From Treponemataceae bacterium (lineage in GTDB: Bacteria; Spirochaetota; Spirochaetia; Treponematales; Rectinemataceae), in assembly GCA_963678065.2 (NCBI GenBank), contig CAXXVZ010000003.1:2048001-2112000 (forward strand): 64,000 bases of DNA, given 5' to 3'. The translations under genes and the position numbers were made by a program. The notes beneath the pieces are model-generated. The model saw only the letters and a program-made list of their open reading frames with translations. It was not told the origin of the DNA and did not search any database. Positions within the stretch are counted from its first letter, which is position 1. Every line of letters begins with the position of its first letter. Below are positions 9,297-18,677 of this stretch, piece by piece.

Positions 9297-10856
9297 GTGG
9301 AAAACATTCTCGAGGCCATCGATCTGTGCAAGGTCTACGGCAACGGCACGGCGGCCAACAAACACGTCGATTTCTCTGTACGAATGGGCGAAATACTCGG
9401 CCTCGTGGGCGAGAACGGGGCGGGCAAGTCGACGCTCATGAAGATGCTCTACGGCGAGGAGGCTCCGACATCGGGGATCCTCAAGCTCGCCGGGAAGCCG
9501 ATATCGTTCAACTCTTCCCGCGAGGCCATAGCCGCGGGAATCGGCATGGTTCACCAGCATTTCATGCTCGTCCCTTCCCTCACCCTCGCCGAGAACCTCG
9601 TCCTCGGGAGGGAGCCGAAAAGCAAAAGATCCGGCTTCTTCGATCCCGAAGAGGCCATCCGCGTAACCGAGGGACTCTCGGCAAAATACAACCTCAAGGT
9701 CGTGGCCCGGGCCCGCGTGGTCGACGTATCGGTCTCCATGCGACAGAAGCTCGAAATCCTGAAGACCCTCTACCGCGGCGCCCGGATCCTCATACTGGAC
9801 GAGCCCACGGCTGTCCTCACTCCCCAGGAGACTGATGAACTCTTCGCGGAACTGAAAGAGCTGAAAAAACAGGGGCAGACGATCATTTTCATCAGCCACA
9901 AGCTGGGCGAGGTATTCAATCTCTGTGACCGCGTGACGGTCATGCGCGACGGCGCGATGATAGGGACACACAATGTCTCGGACGTCGACAGGCAGACAAT
10001 CTCCAACGAGATGGTCGGACGGGAAGTCCACCTCACCATTGAAAAGGAAAAAACCCGACCAGGCGAAGCTCTCCTCGTCGCGAAGGACCTCTCCTTTGTC
10101 GACGATTTCGGCATCACAATGGTTGACCATGTTTCCTTCTCGCTCCGGAAAAGGGAAATACTCGGAGTCGTCGGCGTGGACGGAAACGGACAGTCCGAAC
10201 TCGTGCGCATCCTCACTGGTTCGGCACGGACTCTCACTGGCTCCGTACGCTTGGGCGCGGTCGACCTGACCAACGCCTCGCCGAGACGAATCCGCAAGGC
10301 TGGAGTCGCCCATGTCGCAGAAGATCGCATGACCGTCGGGGCGGCCCTTCCGGCGAGCATAGAAGAAAACGTTCTGGCAGACCGCTATTCCGATCCAACC
10401 TATACCGGCCGCGGCGGCTTCCTCAAGAGAACCGACATGGCAAAAGCCGCCCGCGCCATCGTGAAACAGTTCGACATCAGATGTTCCTCGCCCCGACAGC
10501 CGGTCGCGAGTCTCTCGGGCGGCAACATGCAGAAAGTCGTCATCGGGCGCGAGTTCACCGCGAAGGCGGAGGTCCTCGTCATCTCCCAGCCGACACGCGG
10601 TGTCGACGTCGGAGCGATCGAGTTCATTCACAAGACCATCATCTCTATGCGCGATTCCGGCAAGGCTATCCTCCTCGTTTCCTCGGATCTCGGTGAGGTC
10701 ACGTCGCTTTCGGACAGCCTCGTCGTCATGAATTCGGGGCGGATCGTCGCTTATTTCCCCGACGCCTCCGCGGTCACGGACAAGGAACTCGGACTCTTCA
10801 TGCTCGGACTCAAGAATCAGGACGAAGCGGAAATCAGGAAGGTTCTCCATGAATGA
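9297..10856 (+). CDS. nucleoside/sugar ABC transporter ATP-binding protein (two NBDs, NupO-like)
   Basis: GTG 9297 with GGAGG; GENGAGKST, LDEPTAVLT, LSGGNMQK, QPTRGVDVG. Confidence 0.93.
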   Translation: MENILEAIDLCKVYGNGTAANKHVDFSVRMGEILGLVGENGAGKSTLMKMLYGEEAPTSGILKLAGKPISFNSSREAIAAGIGMVHQHFMLVPSLTLAENLVLGREPKSKRSGFFDPEEAIRVTEGLSAKYNLKVVARARVVDVSVSMRQKLEILKTLYRGARILILDEPTAVLTPQETDELFAELKELKKQGQTIIFISHKLGEVFNLCDRVTVMRDGAMIGTHNVSDVDRQTISNEMVGREVHLTIEKEKTRPGEALLVAKDLSFVDDFGITMVDHVSFSLRKREILGVVGVDGNGQSELVRILTGSARTLTGSVRLGAVDLTNASPRRIRKAGVAHVAEDRMTVGAALPASIEENVLADRYSDPTYTGRGGFLKRTDMAKAARAIVKQFDIRCSSPRQPVASLSGGNMQKVVIGREFTAKAEVLVISQPTRGVDVGAIEFIHKTIISMRDSGKAILLVSSDLGEVTSLSDSLVVMNSGRIVAYFPDASAVTDKELGLFMLGLKNQDEAEIRKVLHE

Positions 10857-11970
10857 AACACGAAAAAAGAACGAAGCGCGGAAACCCGGCATCGCGACGG
10901 CCCTGAAACTCTTCTTCACCGACAGGGACAAACTTGAACCGGCACTGATAACCCTGCTCGCCGCCGTCTTCTCCCTTCTCGCGGGAGTCGGTCTGATATT
11001 CCTCGTGAGCAAACAGCCCGTCCAGTCGGTGCGGAATTTCCTGCTCGGCCCTTTCATGCGGACCTACAACATCTACTACATGATGATCGCGATGGTCCCT
11101 CTCACATTCACGGGGCTGGCCCTCTGCATAATCTATCAGTCGAAGCACATGTCTCTCATCGTGGACTCGAGTTTCTACATCGGGGCCGTCATAGCGACGG
11201 CGATCGGCGTGAAAATCGCGCTCCCCGCCGGCATTCATCCCGCGGTCGCGATGTTGGCAGCAGGAGTCGTGGGCGGGTTCATCGGCCTCCTCCCCGCCAT
11301 CCTGAAAATTCGCTGGCGCGCCAACGAACTCGTCTCCTCGCTCATGCTCAATTATGTGTTCTACTTTATTGGCAGCTTCGTCATCCTCTACTTCCTGCGC
11401 GACCGCAACCAGGCAATCCTCTCATCCCTTCCATTCAAGCCGACCTTCATCCTGCCCCGCCTCGTCCCCAATACGCAGCTGCACGCGGGATTCATCATCG
11501 CAGCCGTATTCGTCGTCCTCGTGTCGATATTTCTCTACCGCACGAAGTGGGGTTTTGAAATCCGGCTCATCGGCGCGAATCAGAAATTCGCCTCTTACGC
11601 GGGACTCTCCGTTTCCTCAGTCATTCTCTACTCGCACTTCGTCTCCGGCTTTCTGGGAGGCGTCGGCGGGGCCATCGAAATGGCGGGGCTCTACAAGGCC
11701 TTCATCTGGCAGATGAATCCCTCCTACGCCTGGGACGGCGTCATCGTCGCGATGCTCGCGCGCAAAAACCCCAAGTTCGTGCCGCTCTCGGCATTCTTCC
11801 TCGCCTACATGCGCGTGGGCGCCGACTTCATGTCGCGGCGCGGCGACGTGGCTTTCGAGTTCATCACACTTCTGCAGGGACTCATCATCCTCATACTCGC
11901 CTCGGACAAGATCGTGAATTATTTCAAGGCGAGAAGGCTGAAGCGCACCGCGCTCGCGGGAGGCATGTGA
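10849..11970 (+). CDS. nucleoside ABC transporter permease (NupP-like)
   Basis: Multi-TM; ANELVSSLMLNY, RTKWGFEIR, WDGVIVAMLA. Confidence 0.88.
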   Translation: MNETRKKNEARKPGIATALKLFFTDRDKLEPALITLLAAVFSLLAGVGLIFLVSKQPVQSVRNFLLGPFMRTYNIYYMMIAMVPLTFTGLALCIIYQSKHMSLIVDSSFYIGAVIATAIGVKIALPAGIHPAVAMLAAGVVGGFIGLLPAILKIRWRANELVSSLMLNYVFYFIGSFVILYFLRDRNQAILSSLPFKPTFILPRLVPNTQLHAGFIIAAVFVVLVSIFLYRTKWGFEIRLIGANQKFASYAGLSVSSVILYSHFVSGFLGGVGGAIEMAGLYKAFIWQMNPSYAWDGVIVAMLARKNPKFVPLSAFFLAYMRVGADFMSRRGDVAFEFITLLQGLIILILASDKIVNYFKARRLKRTALAGGM

Positions 11971-12923
11971 TGCTGGAATTCATCGCGGGAGTCTTCGGCT
12001 CCTCCAATTACTGGTTCATCGTCATGCGCTCCACTGCGCCCATCCTCCTCGTAACCCTCGGCGCCGTCATCACCGAACAGGCAGGCATCAAGAACATGGC
12101 ACTGGAAGGCTCGATGCTTTGGGCGGCCCTCGTCGGCGTGCTCGCGAGCGCGGCGACGGGCAGCGCGTGGATAGGATTGATGGCGGGCATCGCCGCGGCA
12201 GTCATTATCGCCCTCGTTCTCGGAATCTTCGCCCTCAAGTTCGACGCGAACGCCGTTCTCTGCGGGGTGGCGCTCAACCTCCTCTCCACGGGCGGAACGG
12301 TCTTCACCCTGTTCGCCATCACGGGCGACAAGGGCATCTCCTCATCCCTCGCCAGCAAGACTCTGCCGATCCTCAATATTCCCTTCGTCAAGGATATCCC
12401 CTGGCTCGGTACCGTCATCTCGGGGCAGAATTTCATCGTCTACATATCGATCATCGCCGTCATCGTCATACACGTCATCCTCAATAAACTGACGATCGGA
12501 AGACGCATCAGGGCGACGGGAGAGAATCTCGAGGCCGCGCGCTCCGCTGGCATCGATCCGGACCGGATCAAATTTTTCGCGCTCGCCATTTCAGGCGTGC
12601 TCGCCGGCCTCGCGGGCTGTTTTCTGTCGATGGGATACACCTCGAATTTCACCTCGGGAATCGCGGCGGGACGAGGTTACGTCGCCAACGCCGCGCAGGT
12701 CGTCGCGGGAGGAACAGCCGTCGGCTCGATCTTCGCCGCCCTCATATTCGGCGTCACGGACGCCATGGCGACATTCCTGCAGAACATCGGTCTTCCACCG
12801 GAATTGATCCAGGCCCTGCCATACGCGGTGACCATCATCGGTTTCATCGTGGTGACCCTCATCCGGGACAAGCGCGAGGCGGCACGCAAACTCAGGCTTT
12901 TCGCGGGCAAGGAGAGACGATGA
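11967..12923 (+). CDS. nucleoside ABC transporter permease (NupQ-like)
   Basis: EQAGIKNMALEG, GRRIRATGEN..AARSAGI, AGRGY. Confidence 0.88.
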   Translation: MMLEFIAGVFGSSNYWFIVMRSTAPILLVTLGAVITEQAGIKNMALEGSMLWAALVGVLASAATGSAWIGLMAGIAAAVIIALVLGIFALKFDANAVLCGVALNLLSTGGTVFTLFAITGDKGISSSLASKTLPILNIPFVKDIPWLGTVISGQNFIVYISIIAVIVIHVILNKLTIGRRIRATGENLEAARSAGIDPDRIKFFALAISGVLAGLAGCFLSMGYTSNFTSGIAAGRGYVANAAQVVAGGTAVGSIFAALIFGVTDAMATFLQNIGLPPELIQALPYAVTIIGFIVVTLIRDKREAARKLRLFAGKERR

Positions 12924-14245
12924 CCTGCGATCTCGTCATTGAAAACGCGATCGTCCTCACCGTGGACGCGGCGTGGAGCCTCTACGAACCGGGATTTGTC
13001 GCGATTCGCGGGGATACGATAGCGGCATCCGGCCCGATGGCCGAACGCGGGGTATGGGACTCAAGCCGCGTCATCGACGGCGCGGGTATGCTTGCCATGC
13101 CCGGCTTCGTGAACACCCACACACACATCGCGATGGCCGCCTTCCGGGGCGCCTGCGAGGATGTTCCGGACAGACTGCAGAAATACATTTTCCCCCTGGA
13201 AAAGCGGCTTGTAAGCCGCGACCTCGTCCGGCTCGCGTCGAAGTTCTGCCTCGCGGAGATGGCGGGATCAGGCACGACGACCTTCGCCGATATGTATTAT
13301 TTCGAAGACGAGGTCGCCCGCGCGGCGAAAGAGGCCGGAATGCGCTGCATCCTCGGCGAAACTGTCGTGGATTTCCCCGCCCCCGACAGCGCCGAGGCCT
13401 ACGGTGGACTCGAGTACGCGCGAAACTTCATCGCCCAGTGGAAGGGCGACGAGCTCGTCACACCCTGCTTTGCTCCCCACGCTCCCTACACCGTCGACGC
13501 CGGGCACCTCAGGCTCATACGCAGTGAAGCGGAGCGACTAGGCGTTCCTGCTTTGATGCATGTGGCGGAAACCGCGCCGGAGAACGCCCGCTTCCGCTCT
13601 TCCCACGGCTCGGTTATACGATACCTCGATTCCATCGGCTTCCTGTACCCGGGACTCATCGCCGCCCACATGATCTACGTCGACGACGAAGACATCGCGA
13701 TCGCGGCCGCGCAGGACATCTCTGTCGCCCACTGTCCGGCCTCGAACGCAAAATCAGGCCGTCCCATATGCCCCGCGGCCGCTTTCATGGAAGCCGGCGT
13801 CAGACTCGGCCTCGCCACGGACGGACCGCTCTCCGGCAACGGAATGGACATGCAGGGCATCCTGGGACTCTTTCCGAAATTGCAGAAGGTCCGCGCAGGC
13901 GACCGCGAAGCGATGCCCGCCCGCGCGGCCGTCCGCGCCGCGACACTCGGCGGGGCGGAGGCTCTGGGACTCGGGAAGGTCACGGGCTCCATCGAGGCGG
14001 GGAAAAAAGCCGACATAATCCTCGTCGACACGGAGGCTTTCAACATCCAGCCCGTCTACGACTGGTACGCCACCGTCGCCTACGCGATGCGGCCGCAGAA
14101 CGTCGACACGGTAATCGTAAGTGGCCGGATCATACGGGACAGATGTGGCATGCGCGGCTTCGATGAGACTGAAACCATGAAGGCGATGCACCAGTTGGCC
14201 GCGGGATGCAGGGACGCGATCATCAAACTCCAAAGAGGAAGGTGA
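12920..14245 (+). CDS. amidohydrolase, MtaD/TrzA-like nucleoside deaminase family
   Basis: PGFVNTHTH, PHAPY, HVAET, HCPASN, GLATDG, GSIEAGKKADII. Confidence 0.88.
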   Translation: MTCDLVIENAIVLTVDAAWSLYEPGFVAIRGDTIAASGPMAERGVWDSSRVIDGAGMLAMPGFVNTHTHIAMAAFRGACEDVPDRLQKYIFPLEKRLVSRDLVRLASKFCLAEMAGSGTTTFADMYYFEDEVARAAKEAGMRCILGETVVDFPAPDSAEAYGGLEYARNFIAQWKGDELVTPCFAPHAPYTVDAGHLRLIRSEAERLGVPALMHVAETAPENARFRSSHGSVIRYLDSIGFLYPGLIAAHMIYVDDEDIAIAAAQDISVAHCPASNAKSGRPICPAAAFMEAGVRLGLATDGPLSGNGMDMQGILGLFPKLQKVRAGDREAMPARAAVRAATLGGAEALGLGKVTGSIEAGKKADIILVDTEAFNIQPVYDWYATVAYAMRPQNVDTVIVSGRIIRDRCGMRGFDETETMKAMHQLAAGCRDAIIKLQRGR

Positions 14246-15045
14246 TGGAAACGAAAAACGAAAAAACGACCTCACTCGGGGCAGATGCCGCCCCGGAGAC
14301 ACAGACCATCCCGGACATCTCGACACCCCACATCGTGCCGGAAGCTCCCATCGCGGCATCCGCACTGATGCCCGGGGATCCCTTGCGCGCGAAATATATC
14401 GCCGAACGCTTTCTTGAATATCCGGAACGCTTCAATTCCGTTCGCGGCATGCTCGGCTACACAGGGACCTGGAGGGGCTTGCAGGTTTCCGTCATGGGAT
14501 CGGGCATGGGTATTCCCTCGATGGGGATCTACTCATACGAACTCTTCAGTGTCTTCGGAGTCGAATCCATCATCCGCGTCGGGACCTGCGGAGGATTCAG
14601 GGACGACATGCAGTTGGGCGACATCGTGTTCGCCCAGGGCTCGTCGACATCGTCTTCCTGGGCCGATCAGTACGGTCTCGGCGGAACGTTCTCCGCCATC
14701 CCGGACTTCACCCTCCTCGAGAGCGGAGTCGCCTGCGCCCGCGCCCTCGGCAGGCGGCATGCCGTGGGAAACACAGTCTGTCTCGACCAGTTCTCGCGAT
14801 ACCACGCAGTCGATCAGGTCTGGAAGCCATGGATCAAAATGGGCATCGTGGCCACCGACATGGAGGCCTACGCGCTGTACTGCAACGCGGCGTGGCTCGG
14901 GAAAAAAGCCCTCGCCATGTTCGCCGTCTCCGACCTCAGGCTCAAGGGCCTCCACATGGAGACTGCAGAGCGCGAGCGCTCGCTCGACTCGATGATCGAA
15001 GTCGCGCTCGAAACCCTTCGCGTCACAGACGCCCGCCGGGCATAG
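14245..15045 (+). CDS. deoD: purine nucleoside phosphorylase, DeoD type
   Basis: TPHI, MPGDPLRAKYIAE, GSGMGIPS, IRVGTCG, DME, VSD; TGATG coupling to the upstream gene. Confidence 0.85.
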   Translation: METKNEKTTSLGADAAPETQTIPDISTPHIVPEAPIAASALMPGDPLRAKYIAERFLEYPERFNSVRGMLGYTGTWRGLQVSVMGSGMGIPSMGIYSYELFSVFGVESIIRVGTCGGFRDDMQLGDIVFAQGSSTSSSWADQYGLGGTFSAIPDFTLLESGVACARALGRRHAVGNTVCLDQFSRYHAVDQVWKPWIKMGIVATDMEAYALYCNAAWLGKKALAMFAVSDLRLKGLHMETAERERSLDSMIEVALETLRVTDARRA

Positions 15046-15121
15046 ACCCGGAAAACCTGATGCCGGCGCACTCACCCTCCACGTCATCCTCCCGCTGCCG
15101 GCGATTCCTTCGGGCAATCCT

Positions 15122-16489
15122 TCACAGATCCATCGTCGAATGGTAAGGCGAAGTCTTGCCTCTGTGTTCGGCCTTGGCTGCCGCGAGGAGTCCGGGCTCG
15201 GACGCAAGCGCATAACCTGTCGCAGCCAGCACGGCCGCAGCCCAGCGCATCGCCTTGAAGGCCATGCCCGAGCCCGAAGCGGAACAGGATTGCCAGGTAT
15301 GCGCGCCCACTCCGAGAGGCCAGGTCGCCGCGTTCATCTGCCCGGTCGGGACGATGTAGGAAACATCGCCCGTGTCGAGCGAACCCCCGATCCTGCAGCC
15401 TGCCCCGAAATCACCGACCTCGCCGTGAACCGCATGCCGCAGCAAGGACACAGGCGCCCCGATCGGTGTGAGCGTCGCTTCTCTGTCTTTCTTGCCGATC
15501 GTGGCGGCGAGACTCCTCGCGAAATCCTTCTCTCCGGCCGAAAGTCGGGGCAAGGGTGTCTGCCGCATGATCGCGGCCATCCTGTCGTGGATAGTGTCGT
15601 TCGGAATATAGTCGCATTTCCCGTGCGTTATCTCCCATGTCACCGAAGTCTCCGTCATCATCGCGGCACCTTTGGCTGCCTTGATGACTCGCTGGACTGC
15701 CCTGTGCAAAGATTCTGCCCGGGGAGCGCGGACATAGAGCATCGTCGCGGCGCGCTCGGGAACGATGTTCGGCTTGGCCCCTCCATCTGAAATGACATAG
15801 TGGATGAGCGTCCCCCGCTCGACATGCTCACGCAGGAATTCGAGACCGATGTTCATGAGCTGGACTGCGTCGAGGGCGGATCGGCCCGCGTGCGGAGCCA
15901 TGCCGGCGTGGCTCGCCCTGCCCCTGAACCTGAAAGTCATAGCTATGTTGGCGCTCGTCATATAGCGGTGAGGGGTATTGACGTCGGCAGGGTGCCAGGT
16001 CAGGGCGGCGACGACGTCGTCGAAACGACCGGCCTTCACCTGAGGGATGCGCCCGAGGGCTTCTTCGGCTGGACAGCCATAGTACCGAACCGTCCCGGGC
16101 AGTCCCGACGTCGACAGAGTCGCCGCGAGGGCCTCGGCCGCTGCGAGGGCTCCCACGCCGAGGAGATTGTGGCCGCAGCCATGTCCGGCCCCTCCCGCCA
16201 CGCGGGCTTCCTGTTTGACCGAGCAAAGCTGGGACATCCCCGGCAAGGCATCGTATTCGCCCATGATGGCGATGATGGGCGCGCCCTGCCCCTTCTCGGC
16301 TTTAAAGGAATGCGGCATCTCGGGGAATTCTGCGATTCTGAATCCGGACCGCGAGAGTCTCTCGCGATGAATGGCCGAAGAACGTACCTCCTCGCCTGAT
16401 TTTTCAGGGTTTTCCCAGATGTCGAGGGCCAGGGCATCGTATTCGGCCGCGCGGGCCTCCACAAAATCGCGAATCGTCTCAAGCGTCAT
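15122..16489 (-). CDS. M20 amidohydrolase, AbgB (aminobenzoyl-glutamate hydrolase B)-like
   Basis: GEYDALPG, GHGCGHNLLG, YGCPAEE, WHP, GRSALDAV, EFLREH. Confidence 0.88.
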   Translation of the reverse strand: MTLETIRDFVEARAAEYDALALDIWENPEKSGEEVRSSAIHRERLSRSGFRIAEFPEMPHSFKAEKGQGAPIIAIMGEYDALPGMSQLCSVKQEARVAGGAGHGCGHNLLGVGALAAAEALAATLSTSGLPGTVRYYGCPAEEALGRIPQVKAGRFDDVVAALTWHPADVNTPHRYMTSANIAMTFRFRGRASHAGMAPHAGRSALDAVQLMNIGLEFLREHVERGTLIHYVISDGGAKPNIVPERAATMLYVRAPRAESLHRAVQRVIKAAKGAAMMTETSVTWEITHGKCDYIPNDTIHDRMAAIMRQTPLPRLSAGEKDFARSLAATIGKKDREATLTPIGAPVSLLRHAVHGEVGDFGAGCRIGGSLDTGDVSYIVPTGQMNAATWPLGVGAHTWQSCSASGSGMAFKAMRWAAAVLAATGYALASEPGLLAAAKAEHRGKTSPYHSTMDL

Positions 16490-16643
16490 CGAAAACCTCC
16501 GGATTGCCCAGTATACATCGACCTGGGATGAGGGTCACGCAGTCCGGTGCGCATTCGCCACCCATTCGCGCGAAGCATTTCAACTCCGGTATCCAGAAAA
16601 CATGTATGTTATATTTTATTTTTCATGTATTCGAGAATGGTAC

Positions 16644-16671
16644 AAAAAAACCGGCCCGAGAGGCCGGTTTT
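16644..16671 (-). terminator. intrinsic (possibly bidirectional) terminator
   Basis: aaaaccggcc-tctc-gggccggttttttt on the minus strand, after the long leftward gene run. Confidence 0.75.
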
Positions 16672-16719
16672 CAATCCCATCACGATGAGCGACAGCGAAC
16701 AATCTGACCGGTTTCCCGC

Positions 16720-17892
16720 TCAGTAGGACACAGTGGTCGATATCTTCAGAATAAGACTGAGCCGTTTTTCCCAGGACAGAGGGAGATCCCAGTTCGCCGG
16801 CAGCTTAAGTCCATAGGCGCTTCCTGAATCGCCGTAGCTGAATGGCACAGCGAGTTCGACATCCACTCCAGGGAAAGGCGTCGATTTCAGCAGCGCGGCT
16901 AGGGAACCGGATCCGTCCGCCGCACAGTGAAGCCATTGAACCCCAAGTTTGAGGGGATGAACCGTGGCTGGTTTCCAGCCTGCCGCGAGGGCCGAGTAGT
17001 GCCCCGCCGGGATGTCTCCCGCCAAGGAGTCCGCCTTGTAGCGGTATTCCCCAGTGATGACAAGCCTTGGATCGACCCACTCCTTCATGAAGCCTGCCGT
17101 GATGCCCTTCCACGCCAAGGAACCTGAGGCATAATCAGCCCTCGTCTCGGCAAACAGATCTGCTCCTCCAAGCGAAGTTCCCGCCCCGGCTGTCAGGCTC
17201 CCGGAACCGTCGCCGTGAAGAAGGCCGGAAAAATCGACCCCTGTTTTGCCCGTGGCATACTCGGCTCGCAGGGCGCCGTTCGCGTTGACGAGCGAGTAAA
17301 CAGAGCTCGCGATAGCCTCGTAATACCCCACCGCCGTGAACCCGGCCTTTCCCGCGGGGAGGAAGGCCTTCACGGCAAAGGAGCCTGCTGTGGACTCGTC
17401 GGTGATATCGAGCAGGTCCCCGATCTTGAAAATGCTTCCCCGTCCCCAGCCGATGACCTGTTTCCCCGCCCGGATGAAAATCCTGTTGCCGAAATCCCTG
17501 TCGACGAACAATTCGTCGAGCGTGAATGCGGCGGTGGGAATATCATATTCCGCAAAGCCATGGATTCGCGTCGACGCATCTGGGCGAGCGTCGAAGCTGG
17601 CCTTGAAGATTCCATCGAATCCTCCGGCAGTATCCACTCCCGAAATGGCGCCCGAGAGCGGCCAATCTGCCCAGCCGAGAGCTCCCACCGCAAAGGATTC
17701 TACCGAAATGGAAAAATCGAAACTCCGCTTTTTTGCGATATCTCCCAGGACCGAACCCGTCCCCGCCTCGCTGACGACGCCCGGACTGGACGAGTCGAAA
17801 AGGGAATCGATTTCCGCATCCTGGCCTGCTTCCTGACTCCAGGCGAAGAGAGGAAGAAACATAAAAAGGCAGAGAACAAGCTTTTTTTTCAC
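16720..17892 (-). CDS. exported hypothetical protein, probable outer-membrane beta-barrel
   Basis: GTG start, signal peptide, amphipathic beta pattern, IRAGKQVIGWGRG porin-like motif, aromatic C-terminal residue. Confidence 0.65.
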   Translation of the reverse strand: MKKKLVLCLFMFLPLFAWSQEAGQDAEIDSLFDSSSPGVVSEAGTGSVLGDIAKKRSFDFSISVESFAVGALGWADWPLSGAISGVDTAGGFDGIFKASFDARPDASTRIHGFAEYDIPTAAFTLDELFVDRDFGNRIFIRAGKQVIGWGRGSIFKIGDLLDITDESTAGSFAVKAFLPAGKAGFTAVGYYEAIASSVYSLVNANGALRAEYATGKTGVDFSGLLHGDGSGSLTAGAGTSLGGADLFAETRADYASGSLAWKGITAGFMKEWVDPRLVITGEYRYKADSLAGDIPAGHYSALAAGWKPATVHPLKLGVQWLHCAADGSGSLAALLKSTPFPGVDVELAVPFSYGDSGSAYGLKLPANWDLPLSWEKRLSLILKISTTVSY

Positions 17893-17900
17893 CCTGCCCC

Positions 17901-18674
17901 CTACCTACCCATCTTTTCGAGCCAGGCCTTCGTGAAAAGCGCGTCAGGAAGAGGATCGAGCGAGGGTTTCGCGACCGAAATGCGCGTCTGCTCGTTGATG
18001 AATTTGCCATCGACAGTCTTTCCCCTCAGGTTATCGACGATGACCATCGACATTGGCACGAACCTGTTCCCCACCTTCTGGTAGGAGGGGATGGCCGTCG
18101 TCCTGAGGACCTGCCCCGAGAGGCTGAAATCGACGGACTTCCGCACGAGGTTGTCTGCGTCGATCCACAGCTTGACGACCGGGACGGGCACCTCGGCCGT
18201 AACGGCTTCCAGATCGAGCACCCAGCAGTCGAATTTTCCGAGCATCTCTTTCTTCGCGGCCTTCACGCGGTAGTCGCCGGAAAAGTTAGAATGCGTGAAA
18301 TCAGAATTCCGCGCGTTCGAGTTCTGAAAACGCTCTTTAGCGTCGGTGAAGCTGAACTTCCTGCTCGAGGCATCGTAGAACCACAGCCCGTCGTCGATCT
18401 TGAGATAGCCCTTACCCTTGTCCGCAGGCGGATCCATTACAAGGATGAGGAAGGTTTTTGCCTTGTCACGCCGGAAAATCGCCGCGACGGTGGTCGTGCG
18501 CCCCGAACCCGGCTTGTCCTGCACGATGGTATACTCTGCGGAAAAATCTGTACTCTCGAAGCTGACGAGGAAATCGACGCGCCTCAGCATATCCTGAAAA
18601 TTCGGTTCCGCCGCCCAGAGGGAATGACAGAGCGCGATCGCGATGTAAGCGACCAGAAGTATTCTCTTTTTCAT
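17901..18674 (-). CDS. outer membrane lipoprotein-sorting protein (LolA-like)
   Basis: Signal peptide; P.ADKGKGYLKIDDGLWFY, ERFQNSNARNSDF, LPDALFTKAWLE. Confidence 0.8.
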   Translation of the reverse strand: MKKRILLVAYIAIALCHSLWAAEPNFQDMLRRVDFLVSFESTDFSAEYTIVQDKPGSGRTTTVAAIFRRDKAKTFLILVMDPPADKGKGYLKIDDGLWFYDASSRKFSFTDAKERFQNSNARNSDFTHSNFSGDYRVKAAKKEMLGKFDCWVLDLEAVTAEVPVPVVKLWIDADNLVRKSVDFSLSGQVLRTTAIPSYQKVGNRFVPMSMVIVDNLRGKTVDGKFINEQTRISVAKPSLDPLPDALFTKAWLEKMGR

Positions 18675-18677
18675 GAC

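Noticed and set aside
9096..11057. 653-aa minus-strand ORF and similar long antisense ORFs (e.g. 1859..2971, 21530..22798, 47948..49321, 54195..55571)
   Set aside because: Typical stop-poor shadow frames of GC-rich genes, with no recognisable motifs
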